Positions 55,501-64,000 of a stretch of DNA of 64,000 nt are shown here, piece after piece. A program made the translations under genes and the position numbers. The stretch is from Elusimicrobiales bacterium (lineage in GTDB: Bacteria > Elusimicrobiota > Elusimicrobia > Elusimicrobiales > UBA9959): contig JBFXJL010000001.1 in assembly GCA_050174915.1 (NCBI GenBank), positions 539,346 to 603,345 on the forward strand, in the 5' to 3' direction. Below the pieces are notes generated by a model, which was not told the origin of the DNA, made no database searches, and was given only the letters and a program-made list of their open reading frames with translations. Position 1 is the stretch's first letter; each line of letters begins with the position of its first letter.

Positions 55501-57130
55501 AGAAGGAGAAGGACGGGCTGGCGGACCACCCGGAAGTTTCGGCGCCGGTGAAGCCGCTGTTAAGCGCCACCTCTGCCTGGTACTCGGCGCCCAGGGCCGC
55601 GGCGGAATAGACCGAATCCGACGGGGTGGACCCGGGAGAGCCGCCAAAGAGGTAGAGCCGCGGGCCGGCCAGCGCCACGGCCGGGAACTGGCGCTCCGCC
55701 GGCATGGGGGGCCCGGCTTCCCAAGGCGCGATTCCGGCTACGGGCACGCTGCTGTGGAACACGTGCCGCTGCGGGCCGTAACCGTTGTTGCCGCCGAATA
55801 CATACAGGCGGTTGCCGGCGGCGGCCGCCGCATGGCCGTAACGGGGAGACGGCAGCGGGGCGTAAGCCGTCCAGTCCTCTGTATCCGGGTCGTAGGTCCA
55901 GGCCTCGGCCCTTACTGCGGCACCGTCGCTGCCGCCGGCCAGCAGCAGGCGGCCTTCCAGGGCAGTCAGCGAGTGGCCGTAACGGGGCGCGGGCAGGCCT
56001 TCCCCCGCCCCCTGCCAGGCCGACAGGGCGCCGTCGGGACCGATCTCCGCGTAGGCCAGGCCGCTCAGCACGCCTACCCCGGACTTATAACCGCCGCTGA
56101 CATAAATGCGGTTCTCCGCCAGGGTCGCGGCATGTAAATAAACCGGCTCCCCCAGCCCGGCCTCCGGCAGCCAGACGCCCAGGACGCCAGAAGAAGAAAT
56201 GTCAGCCGACCAGACCTCGTTGCGGGCGGCGCCGGACTCCGAGCCGCCCAGGATATACAGCCGTCCGCGCGCCGCCACGGCCTGGTGGCCGTAAAGGCCG
56301 GCAGGCATATACCCGGCCGTGCTCCAGCCTCCCAGCGAACCGTCGCCGTTAATTTCGGCCCGGAAAACAGCGCTGGAAAAATAGATACCGTCGAAACCGC
56401 CGCTCACGTAGACGTGCGAACCGTAAACCACCGAGGCCGAGCCGGAGCGGGGAGCCGGCAGGGCGCCCGGGAGACCCGCGGTTTCCCACCCTCCGAGCAG
56501 CGGCGGCGGGTTACCCGAGTAGGCGAAAGCCAGCCCCAGCGTGCCGTGGCCGGCGTCGGCCAGCGTGAACTCGCCCGTGGAAGGAACCACGGCCATGGTC
56601 ACGGCCGTGGAGGAGGCGGGAGCGGAGTAATCCCCCTCCATGTAATTGGCGATCAGGAAATTGTAGTAGCTGGTATTGGGCGCCAGGCCTTCCACCGGGT
56701 AACCGTGTTCGTCGGTGGAATAAGTGACCATATACGGGTCGGCCTCGGCCCAGGTGGAAACGAAGAAGTCGTAGGTGGTCCCGGGCGGGTTCGCTGGGTA
56801 CGGCCCGCCCTGTTCCGTCCAGACCAGCGTGTAGCTGCTGCCCCCCTGCGCCGAGTAGTCCAGCACCGCCGCCGAGGAAACCAGCCGCGAATAGAAGCCG
56901 GACTCCAGCGCTATATCGTTGCTCATATCCTGAAATATCTGAGTGCCGTGGGCCGCGCCGGCCAGCCCCCCCTGCAGCACCGTGCCGTCGGCGTGCGACT
57001 GTCCCGCGCTGGCAGACGAGTAGTCCGCCGCGTCACCGAGCACGGTAATGTCTCCCGCTGTTTTTTGGGCCGCCGCCTGTACGGTAAACAGGCATGCCAA
57101 CATGGCGGCCGCGCTGATGAGCGCTTTCAT
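52520..57130 (-). CDS. giant exported protein: Kelch-type beta-propeller, multiple FN3/Ig-like domains, carboxypeptidase-regulatory-like domains and a T9SS-type (FlgD-Ig-like) C-terminal domain
   Basis: 1536 aa. Signal peptide MKALISAAAMLACLFTVQAAAQ. Kelch units: GHQAVAARGRLYILGG, RYGHSLTALEGRLLLAGG, RYGHAAAAAGNRLYVFGG. FN3-like units: LQPLTQYYYRARARN, LQQSTTYYARV. C-terminus: VFAYPNPASTEVHFHF...IFDVSGRLLRTL...SGVYLYVLRIKG...KKFAVVR. Confidence 0.75.
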   Translation of the reverse strand: MKALISAAAMLACLFTVQAAAQKTAGDITVLGDAADYSSASAGQSHADGTVLQGGLAGAAHGTQIFQDMSNDIALESGFYSRLVSSAAVLDYSAQGGSSYTLVWTEQGGPYPANPPGTTYDFFVSTWAEADPYMVTYSTDEHGYPVEGLAPNTSYYNFLIANYMEGDYSAPASSTAVTMAVVPSTGEFTLADAGHGTLGLAFAYSGNPPPLLGGWETAGLPGALPAPRSGSASVVYGSHVYVSGGFDGIYFSSAVFRAEINGDGSLGGWSTAGYMPAGLYGHQAVAARGRLYILGGSESGAARNEVWSADISSSGVLGVWLPEAGLGEPVYLHAATLAENRIYVSGGYKSGVGVLSGLAYAEIGPDGALSAWQGAGEGLPAPRYGHSLTALEGRLLLAGGSDGAAVRAEAWTYDPDTEDWTAYAPLPSPRYGHAAAAAGNRLYVFGGNNGYGPQRHVFHSSVPVAGIAPWEAGPPMPAERQFPAVALAGPRLYLFGGSPGSTPSDSVYSAAALGAEYQAEVALNSGFTGAETSGWSASPSFSFSGLQPLTQYYYRARARNWAGVATQFSQAGSTFTYAAVPGTAAWTNVWVSSATVNWTANGNPPGSDYSLVYSSHSDYSHSFSLSAAGVLSAVLTGLQQSTTYYARVRLEEPEKLSRYAELPAVRTGFDPALDISSPTIDDQQGNIPGWQSTNTFLCDVNFTDVGAAGLDRIEVRVSTREADPASFVGGWTPVLTGIDQESYSADWPLTQQAWDIMLDGASNYVSIRAYDRSGNYGEVLEAFMVRKDTTPPSVESGYAAPEAWLTDYPGDVAGLDFGDPLSGLARVQFSVSASKNFADGAVIPWTDISGLTAGATWYRPTLTYSFNALANATSNYFSFRAVDVAGSTRTLTDAFGIAKNVSGPVVTISTPTALFLSTFTRVAGGTAETNAHQVKGTEVSIRDLASLLYYNGGDFLSGSQAWQDAQDFPSSYTIIFQNLPLIGGRQYQVVARSSDSAGDYSQLLATHTFTFDAGAPDAAVLYPADGSTSPSVASVSGTAADPHSGIASVDVALKRLSDGKWWKNSVSEWAAAPEPLQAGTTPYWTWTFQPYLRDSLVHGASYYVTVRASDLAVPVNTGAFYASGSTFTYSDATPPPPTAGLAAVPGAFSGAVNLSWPSAGDNAAGGYLPEGSYKIAYSTYAGAPVSTDTAQVAIATASVSAGTTRYWTLTGLDPAAVYYFTLWTADDAQNWSAASSEASALSGAPGSGALTGRVTDAAAQPLTGVLVEARSPAGALEGSDYTDAFGDYSIPGVDSLYLTLRAVWTAQDIESSVSKDNVPNGSSNVNFSLSVSYQLASILGVIPSNYLPAASAARPATARYTTREARVSSGAEPFVEVYSRGRRIGAAYTDAAGAFEIPNLLPGTYSLRVFNGSEFSRMETVKLGPGERLVFAPKWDLLNKAGVFAYPNPASTEVHFHFPQPPEPYEAEAQIFDVSGRLLRTLDAHAPDLAQLGGRRLTWDLVRDGAASGVYLYVLRIKGLTTGRSEKVVKKFAVVR

Positions 57131-57204
57131 TTTAAATCCGCTTGGTTACAACTCCACCTAATCTCCCGCCTCCCGCTTTAGAACCTCGATTTATTGTTGT
57201 TGCA

Positions 57205-60200
57205 TTACTTCAATAGCAGGGTCGCCTTCCCGCCGACGCAGTTGGTCAGGAACAACCCGACGCTGGTGCCGCTGGAGGGAAGCCCGACGCCTCCAACCGC
57301 ACCGACCGTGGCTGAAGTGACAGCATGCTGCCCAAATGCGCCGTTGATGCAGTTGGCAACAACTACTCCGGCCACCGCTATTTTGGCCGTGCTAGCCACT
57401 GTACCGCTGCCAATCGCCACACCGATAACGGTGGAAGTAGAAGCCACCCCTATGGTGCCGAACTGATTGTTCCCGGAAGCGATCACCACGTCGCCATCCA
57501 CAAAAGGTGTTGAAGCGGTCAGCCAGATCACTATCGGCGTATTCCCTATCTGACTGCCGTCGCCGAGCCCCAGGTCTCCGCTAACCTGCAGCCTGGCGGG
57601 GTTGGCCGGGTTAACGCCGTCGTTCGTAATGAAGACGTTGCCTTCGAAACGGCCGGCATAACCGCTGCCGGCCACGCCTTTTATAGCGGTCGCGGCGCTG
57701 TTAGACCAGCCATAAACGCCGGCGTCCGTGCTACTGGGTGAACTGGTCAGGCCCGCGATCGCCCCCCCGGCCAAGTCCTTCACATGCAGCTTAAAGCCGG
57801 GGGTGTTAGTGCCTATCCCGACCTTGTTGGCATTACTGACGTAAAGCGCGGGGTCGGCGTAGGCTGTACCGGTGGAAACCCAGAAGCCGCCGGCGGCTTT
57901 AAACATCACCTGGTCCCCCACCGAATTCTCCACCACCACGCCCTTGCTGTCGGCCCAGGTGAACGTGCCGTTAGCCGTGGAACTGGACATGTAACCGGCC
58001 GCGAAGGAATAGTTGCCTTTGGCCGTGTTGTTGCTGCCGCCCGGCACGGCGGAATCTCCGCCGGTCGCCATGTTGGAGGAGCCGCCGGCTACCACCGAAT
58101 TGTCCCCGGTTGCATGGTTGCCGCCGCCGGCGCCCACGAACGAGGATCCGCCCAGGGCCTTGTTCCCCCAGCCGGCCACCACGCCCGCGTAATATTCAGA
58201 AGCCGCACCCGCAGTGTTCATCCAGCCGCCGGCCACCACGGAGTAGGCCGTGCTGGCGGTATTGCCGTAACCGCTTCCCACGAAGGCGAACATTTCTTCG
58301 GCGAGGTTGTCCTGGCCGGAGAAGATCGCCGAGTGGCTCCCGTACACGGAGTTGCCCTTACCGCCTCCGATAGTACCGAAGTAGGAGGCCGCGTAGTTGC
58401 CCTCGCCGCCGGAGATGACGGCCGAAGTGCCGGCCGCTATGTTGTAGCGGCCGCCGGCTACCACGGTGTTGGAACCGAGCACGGTGTTGTAGGCGCCGCC
58501 GCTGAGGGTTGAAAAATCGCCCAGCGCCACCTGGCCGGACACCTCGCGGGCCGTCTGCAGGTCCACCGCCCCCATGCCGCGCACCCCCGCGCCCGAGATG
58601 CCGTTGCCCACACCGACCGTGACTATGGAGCCGGCCGTCGATACCTGTATTCCGGTAGTAGCGAAGTCATATGTGTAAAGCGCGGGATCAACACTGATGG
58701 TAAGGTTGCCGGACATATTGTCGCCGGTCTTCGACACTTTAGAGGAAAGCGCGTCCACCTGGGCGTAAAGCACGCCGGAAGCCGTCATGCTGGCGCGTAT
58801 CACGCCGCCGGCGTCGCGCCATATCTGCGCCACCGTGGCAGTGGAGCGTATGTCCAGCATGGCCTGCGGGGCTCCGGTAGCGATACCGACGCCGCCGTCG
58901 CTCCGTATCACCATGCGCGTCTGCGCCTCCGCGGTGCCGTCGGCAGCTGTCATGAACTCCAGCCTGCCGGGCATATCGAGCGCGGGATGAACGCTGGCCA
59001 CGCCGTCCACGCGGCCGACTATCGCCGCCGCGGTCGGGAATGGGTCTCCGGGCGAGGCGTTATAGCCGCCGAAGGCCAGCACGCCCAGGTTGTCTCCGGA
59101 CTGGACCACGGCCTGCGAATTGGCCGTGCCGCGCGCCTTGAGCAAGGCGAGATAGGAGCCTTCAGGAGTATCGCTGTTATGCTCCACCACAATGCCCTCG
59201 TCCTTGGTGGCCGCGGTAAGGTGCAGCGGGGCCTGAGGCCGCTGCGTGTTGATACCAACCCAGCCGCCGGTGGTCACCACCAGGTGGTAAGCGGAGGCCG
59301 AAGTTCCCACGCGCACGGTGTAGGAGGAAACGGCCACATCGGCCTGCACCACGCTCAGCGCCGCGTCGGGCGCGGGCGTGCCCACGCCCAGGCGGTTCTC
59401 CACCACAAGGCTGTTGGCCGGAGGATGGGCTAGGTTGTAGGTGGCCCCCACGCTCATGCTGCCCTTCAACTGCAGCTGCGGGGACAGGAGATCGCTCTGT
59501 ATGCCGGCGCCGGGGCCAATACCGATGTGCTCGCCGCCGTAACCCACATGCATGTATTTCGTGGCCCCGCTATAGAAGACCATACCGCCAGCCCCGTTGG
59601 ACAACAGCCCGTCGGTAACGGGGTTGCCGCCGGCATTGGTGGAGATCAGCACCCTGCCGGAAATGTCCAGCGCCTCGGCCGGCGAAGCGATTCCGATGCC
59701 CACACGCCCGGCATCGGTGACGCGCAGGCGCTCAGTGCCCGCGGTGGCAAAAGCAAGCTGGTCCTGGCCAGGGCTATAAAAGCCCGTATTTTCATCCCCG
59801 CTGAAGGAAAGGGAAGGCACCGCGGCCGTTCCCTGCGGCAGCAGCAGCGCGCCGGTCATGGTGTCGCCGGTCTTCTGCACCGCGCTGGCAGAGGTAACGC
59901 CGGTCAGGCCGGAGCCGTCTCCATAGTAGCGCGCTGCGGAACTGAAGCCGACTACATAGACATTAGTGGAGATCCTGATGCCGGCGCCTAAGGCCGGGTC
60001 GGTCTCCGGGGAAATGGTGCGGGAGGCGTCCGACAGGACCAGGCCCGCGCTGGTGCCGCGCGTCGTTATCGAGCCGTTATAGACGTCGAACTTAGAGGCG
60101 GGACCTGTGGAACCCATGGAGATCTTCCCGTCCCCGCGCACGGAGAGAACCGTGTTCGCTCCGTTGTTGGCCGTAATGTTCAAGGCATACTTAGTTGGGC

Positions 60201-63200
60201 TGGAGGTCATGAGCGCGATAGTGACGCCATCCGAAGAACTATTGTCAGTAACGAAATGGGCTATCCCTCCGGTTCCCTGCCCGAGAACGCTCAACGGCAG
60301 CAGCGGAGCGGCGACGTCTTTCTGTACTACCGACAGGAGGGCGCTGGGAGTAGCGGTACCGACGCCGACCAGGCCGGAGTCGACGAAGAAAGTGGAGACG
60401 CCAACGCTGAAGGCGTTGCCTTGCACGGTGATAGTGGAGAGCGTCGTCAGCTGCCCGCTCATGAAGTCGCCGGTCTTTTGCACCGCACCGGCGGAGGTAA
60501 CGCCCGTCAGGCCCGAGCCGTCGCCGTAGAAGACGCCGGTGGCGGTGACGCTGGCGCGCGTCACGCCGTCAGAGTCGCGCCAGACCTGGGCGTACTGGTT
60601 GACCGTGGTGCCCGTGGAGATGATATCGAGCATGCCTTGGTTAAGCGGAAGTACCGGATTGCCGGCTACCGTGCTGCCAACGACCATGAAGCCGCCCTCG
60701 GTCTTGAACAGCGCGCGGTCGGCGGCGGTATTGCGTATTTCGTACCCCTTGGAGTCGCTCCAGGTGAAGGCGCCGTTGGCGGTGGAAGAAGATCGGTAAC
60801 CGCCGGCCCAGGAATACTGCCCAATGGCGGTATTATACGCGCCGCCGGAAACCGTCGCGCGGCCACCGCTGGCGCTATTGTTTTGACCGCCGGAAACCGT
60901 CGCGTAGATACCATTTGCCGTGTTTTGAGAACCGCCGGTAATAGTCGCATACGTACCGCTGGACCTGTTTTGATAACCGCCGGAAACAGTCACATATAAT
61001 TGCAAGGCCGTATTTTCATAACCGCCGGAAACCGTCGCATAGCCCAAAGAGGCCATGTTGCTTTGACCGCCGGAAACCGTCGCCTGAGGACCGCTGGCCG
61101 TGTTATTTACGCCGCCGGAAACCGTCGAATAATCGCCACTGGCGGTATTATTTTGACCACCGCCAATCGACGAAACTTTCCCGCTGGCCACCTGGGCCCC
61201 CAGGGCCCGGTAGGTCTGCAGGTCCACGGCTCCCATGCCGCGTGCGTTGCCGACGGCGGAGCCGTGGCCGAGGCCCGTGGTGCGTATCGCGCCGCCGGTG
61301 GAGATGACTATGCCGGTGGTGATGAAGTCCGAAGTGTCGCTCAGAAGGTCGTCGGAAAGTATAGACAGCGGCCCGGTCATGGTATCGCCGGACTTGAGGA
61401 CCGAACCGGCAGCGGCCGGCAGATTGGTAAGGCCGGAACCGTCGCCGTAGAAGACGCCGGTGGCAGTGACGCTGGCGCGCGTCACGCCGTCCGAATCGCG
61501 CCAGATCTGGGTATAATCGCTGACCGTATTGCCAGCGGCCAGCACGTCCAGCGCGGCCTGCGGGGCGCCGGTGGAAATGCCAACGCGGCCTTCGCCGGTG
61601 ATGAAGACGCCGCGGTCCAGGGGGCCGGTCATCGAGGTGTTGGTGGAACCGGTCACCAGGAAGCCGCCGCGGCTCTTGAACACGGTGCGGTCGGTGACAT
61701 CGTTGACAAGGTTAATGGCCGCTCCGCCGCTGTCCTGCCAGGTGAAGGCGCCCTGCGCTGTAGAGCTGGACCGCCCGCCGGCGGCGAAGGAATAATTGGC
61801 TTTCGCCGTGTTGTTGTATCCGCCGGGCACGGTCGCGTACATCCCGCTCGCGCGATTGTCGTTACCGCCGCCCACGAAAGCGTACTGCGCTTCGGCGCGG
61901 TTGCCGGCTCCGCCCGCCACGGCCGACTGGGCGCTGATGGCGGCGTTCCCCTGTCCTCCCGCCACTACAGCGTGGTTGGCCGAGGCCGTATTGCCCTGGC
62001 CGCCACCGACGTAAGAGTAGGCGTTGACAGCGGTATTTGAAAGACCGCCCCCGGCCGAGGAGTGCATTCCTGACGCGATATTATACTCGCCGCCGGCCAC
62101 CACGGCGGAAGTGCCGACTACCGTGTTATAAGCGCCACCGCCTACGACCGAATTGGAGCCGCTGACCACATTGAACACGCCGCCGGAAACAGCAGAGGAA
62201 TGACCGCTTACGACATTATCTATACCGCCGCCGACAGTGGAATAATACGCGGAAGCTGAATTAGTTTCACCTCCCGAAATGACGGACCGCAGGCCAGTGG
62301 CGCTATTTTCCCACCCGCCGCCGACTACGGCAGCGACACCGCTGGCGCTATTTGTATAACCACCGCCCACGGTGGAGTAGATGCTGCTGGAGGTATTTCT
62401 GAATCCTCCGGACAGGACCGAGTAGCTGCCGCTGGCTGTCTGGGCCGACAGTGCCCGGACGGTCTGCAAGTCCACCGCACCGATGCCGCGGGCGTTGCCG
62501 GCGACCGTGCCGTGACCTATGCCCGTGGTGCGTATCGCGCCGCCGGTGGAAATGACGAGGCCGGTGGTGATGAAATCCGAAGTGTCGCTCAGAAGGTCGT
62601 CGGAAAGGATATGTAGCGGCCCGGTCATAGTGTCGCCGGCCTTCTGCACCGCGCCGGCGGAGGTAACCCCGGTCAGGCCGGAGCCGTCGCCTATGAAGCG
62701 CACCGCCTGCAGGGAACCGGTGACGCTCATAGAACCGACGATAAGGCCGGTAGAGTCGCGCCAGATCTGGGCCATCTGCGTATGTGCGGTGCCTGTCGAG
62801 ACTATGTCCAGAGCCGCCTGCGGGGCACGCGTGGAAATACCTACGGTTTTAACGCCCAGCTGGCCAAAGATCAGCCCGCCGATATTCAGTTCGCTCGCGG
62901 AGTCAGAAGCTGAGGTCTGCTGATTGTAGCCGATGACGATGTTCTGAAGTCCGCTAATATTGGCGCTCCCGGCAGCGGAGCCGATAAACGTGTTCCCTGT
63001 GCCGGTGATATTAGCGGAGCCGGCATCGTGGCCTACCAGGACATTATGGATCCCGGAACTATTGACCTTTCCGGCAGCCGAACCCACAAATACGTTAAAT
63101 TGCCCGTAGTTTACCGCGCCGGCCATCGGCCCGACCTTAAGCGTATTGGAGGCCAGCCCGCCGCCCAGGGCCAGCACCGTGCTGCCGCTGACCTGGTAAT

Positions 63201-64000
63201 AAGGGGCGCTGACGCCGTAAGAACCGAAGCTGGCGGTGCCGGTGGAATTGTTGACCGTGCCGTAACCCAGCGCCAGGCTGAGTTCGGCGTTGGCCTTGGC
63301 CTGCGCGCCCAGCGCGGTGGCCGAGGACGAAGCGTAGGAATAGGCGCCCAGCGCCGCGCCGAAGCCGGCGTTATACTGAGAATACGCGCCCACACCTACT
63401 GCGTAATTGTCGTTGTTCTGCGCGTAAGCGCCCACGCCGACGCCGTAATTATCGTTGTTCTTAGCGCTGTGACCAATGCCTGTACCGTTTTGGAAGTTCT
63501 CAGAGGCTTCGGCGCCTACGCCAACACCACTGTTGTAATTTCTGGAAGCAAAGGCTCCGATTCCGACGCCATAGCTGCCGTTTTCACTGGCAAATGCCCC
63601 CAATCCGACGCTGTAGTAAGAATTCAGGTAAGCGCTATAACCTATTCCAATTCCGGAATCAGAGTTGCTATAAGAATTGGAGCCAATGGATATTCCATAT
63701 CCCACATTCGTCCCCCCCGTGCCGGGCGGGACTATGGCTATGCTACCGCCCTGCATGGTGATAGTAGAGACGCCGGAGAGGAAATTGCCATCCATGTCGA
63801 TGGCCCCCTGCATGGTGCCGCCGGTAAGCTGGAGGGCGTTCGGGTCGGTGCCGGTGGCGCCGGTCACGCCGGTCAGGCCGGAGCCGTCGCCGTGAAAGCG
63901 CGTCGCGTGCGCGCCGTCGCCCTCCACCCAGAACAGGTTGCTGGTGCCGGTAGACACGGCCATTATGGTGCCGGCCTCGCCGGCGCCGCTGGAAACGACC
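57205..64000 (-). CDS. giant repetitive surface protein with tail-fibre-like and YadA-head-like beta-helical repeats (5' end beyond right window edge)
   Basis: 2252 aa from the first Met, and the frame stays open upstream to position 64000 (VVSSGAGEAGTI-MAVST...). It contains recurrent modules Q(I/V)WRDSxG...(F/Y)xGDGSGLTGVT...K(T/S/A)GD(T/F/N)M(T/S)GxL. It also has long runs of 14-residue xSGGxxNxAS repeats and FTWxDSxG...GGFxV closing motifs. The N-terminal region has GxGxGAxAxxN repeats. Confidence 0.8.
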   Translation of the reverse strand, partial: VVSSGAGEAGTIMAVSTGTSNLFWVEGDGAHATRFHGDGSGLTGVTGATGTDPNALQLTGGTMQGAIDMDGNFLSGVSTITMQGGSIAIVPPGTGGTNVGYGISIGSNSYSNSDSGIGIGYSAYLNSYYSVGLGAFASENGSYGVGIGAFASRNYNSGVGVGAEASENFQNGTGIGHSAKNNDNYGVGVGAYAQNNDNYAVGVGAYSQYNAGFGAALGAYSYASSSATALGAQAKANAELSLALGYGTVNNSTGTASFGSYGVSAPYYQVSGSTVLALGGGLASNTLKVGPMAGAVNYGQFNVFVGSAAGKVNSSGIHNVLVGHDAGSANITGTGNTFIGSAAGSANISGLQNIVIGYNQQTSASDSASELNIGGLIFGQLGVKTVGISTRAPQAALDIVSTGTAHTQMAQIWRDSTGLIVGSMSVTGSLQAVRFIGDGSGLTGVTSAGAVQKAGDTMTGPLHILSDDLLSDTSDFITTGLVISTGGAIRTTGIGHGTVAGNARGIGAVDLQTVRALSAQTASGSYSVLSGGFRNTSSSIYSTVGGGYTNSASGVAAVVGGGWENSATGLRSVISGGETNSASAYYSTVGGGIDNVVSGHSSAVSGGVFNVVSGSNSVVGGGAYNTVVGTSAVVAGGEYNIASGMHSSAGGGLSNTAVNAYSYVGGGQGNTASANHAVVAGGQGNAAISAQSAVAGGAGNRAEAQYAFVGGGNDNRASGMYATVPGGYNNTAKANYSFAAGGRSSSTAQGAFTWQDSGGAAINLVNDVTDRTVFKSRGGFLVTGSTNTSMTGPLDRGVFITGEGRVGISTGAPQAALDVLAAGNTVSDYTQIWRDSDGVTRASVTATGVFYGDGSGLTNLPAAAGSVLKSGDTMTGPLSILSDDLLSDTSDFITTGIVISTGGAIRTTGLGHGSAVGNARGMGAVDLQTYRALGAQVASGKVSSIGGGQNNTASGDYSTVSGGVNNTASGPQATVSGGQSNMASLGYATVSGGYENTALQLYVTVSGGYQNRSSGTYATITGGSQNTANGIYATVSGGQNNSASGGRATVSGGAYNTAIGQYSWAGGYRSSSTANGAFTWSDSKGYEIRNTAADRALFKTEGGFMVVGSTVAGNPVLPLNQGMLDIISTGTTVNQYAQVWRDSDGVTRASVTATGVFYGDGSGLTGVTSAGAVQKTGDFMSGQLTTLSTITVQGNAFSVGVSTFFVDSGLVGVGTATPSALLSVVQKDVAAPLLPLSVLGQGTGGIAHFVTDNSSSDGVTIALMTSSPTKYALNITANNGANTVLSVRGDGKISMGSTGPASKFDVYNGSITTRGTSAGLVLSDASRTISPETDPALGAGIRISTNVYVVGFSSAARYYGDGSGLTGVTSASAVQKTGDTMTGALLLPQGTAAVPSLSFSGDENTGFYSPGQDQLAFATAGTERLRVTDAGRVGIGIASPAEALDISGRVLISTNAGGNPVTDGLLSNGAGGMVFYSGATKYMHVGYGGEHIGIGPGAGIQSDLLSPQLQLKGSMSVGATYNLAHPPANSLVVENRLGVGTPAPDAALSVVQADVAVSSYTVRVGTSASAYHLVVTTGGWVGINTQRPQAPLHLTAATKDEGIVVEHNSDTPEGSYLALLKARGTANSQAVVQSGDNLGVLAFGGYNASPGDPFPTAAAIVGRVDGVASVHPALDMPGRLEFMTAADGTAEAQTRMVIRSDGGVGIATGAPQAMLDIRSTATVAQIWRDAGGVIRASMTASGVLYAQVDALSSKVSKTGDNMSGNLTISVDPALYTYDFATTGIQVSTAGSIVTVGVGNGISGAGVRGMGAVDLQTAREVSGQVALGDFSTLSGGAYNTVLGSNTVVAGGRYNIAAGTSAVISGGEGNYAASYFGTIGGGKGNSVYGSHSAIFSGQDNLAEEMFAFVGSGYGNTASTAYSVVAGGWMNTAGAASEYYAGVVAGWGNKALGGSSFVGAGGGNHATGDNSVVAGGSSNMATGGDSAVPGGSNNTAKGNYSFAAGYMSSSTANGTFTWADSKGVVVENSVGDQVMFKAAGGFWVSTGTAYADPALYVSNANKVGIGTNTPGFKLHVKDLAGGAIAGLTSSPSSTDAGVYGWSNSAATAIKGVAGSGYAGRFEGNVFITNDGVNPANPARLQVSGDLGLGDGSQIGNTPIVIWLTASTPFVDGDVVIASGNNQFGTIGVASTSTVIGVAIGSGTVASTAKIAVAGVVVANCINGAFGQHAVTSATVGAVGGVGLPSSGTSVGLFLTNCVGGKATLLLK

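Overview
This is a 64-kb chromosomal segment from a high-G+C diderm bacterium. Outer-membrane beta-barrels, OmpA-type peptidoglycan anchors and signal peptides support the diderm call, but I cannot place the lineage from sequence alone. I call 42 protein-coding genes (two run off the window edges), one intact tRNA (anticodon CAT), one truncated tRNA-Thr, several intrinsic terminators and three short-repeat arrays. There is no rRNA, CRISPR array, transposase or integrase. Most long ORFs lying antisense to real genes are G+C artefacts. Ordinary content: amino-acid/Na+ symporters (AGCS, NSS), TerC, a P-type cation ATPase, an FKBP isomerase, PFK, adenine deaminase, ispA-dxs, a LOG-family protein, PgeF, a GNAT, an M14 carboxypeptidase and three large sensor kinases. 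Two visibly lower-G+C islets (1-6.4 kb, ending at half a tRNA-Thr; 18.66-20.94 kb, a Fic cassette next to tRNA-CAT) look horizontally acquired. The best candidate for an undescribed system is the tightly coupled operon at 45.9-50.5 kb. It encodes a single polypeptide combining a FliF-like periplasmic domain, a TM segment and FliG-like middle/C domains, followed by MotA, two MotB paralogs and a periplasmic TPR protein. No other flagellar gene is present in the window. The operon is flanked by a PorV-like outer-membrane protein and by an operon for a beta-barrel, a 1536-aa Kelch/FN3 protein with a T9SS-type C-terminal domain, and a giant (over 2250 aa) tail-fibre-like repeat protein. Other candidates: (a) an AmmeMemoRadiSam-type locus lacking the radical-SAM enzyme, with an apparently exported Memo-AMMECR1 fusion, a 102-aa stand-alone copy of only the Cys-rich N-terminus of the radical-SAM partner, a NapH-type polyferredoxin, a zinc ribbon and a DsbD-like protein; (b) an orphan GspE/PilB ATPase fused to a receiver domain and paired with a Cys4-PAS kinase; (c) a PocR-PAS kinase that appears to have lost its phosphoacceptor (DHp) domain in frame. 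All family assignments come from motif reading by eye and need HMM or structure confirmation.
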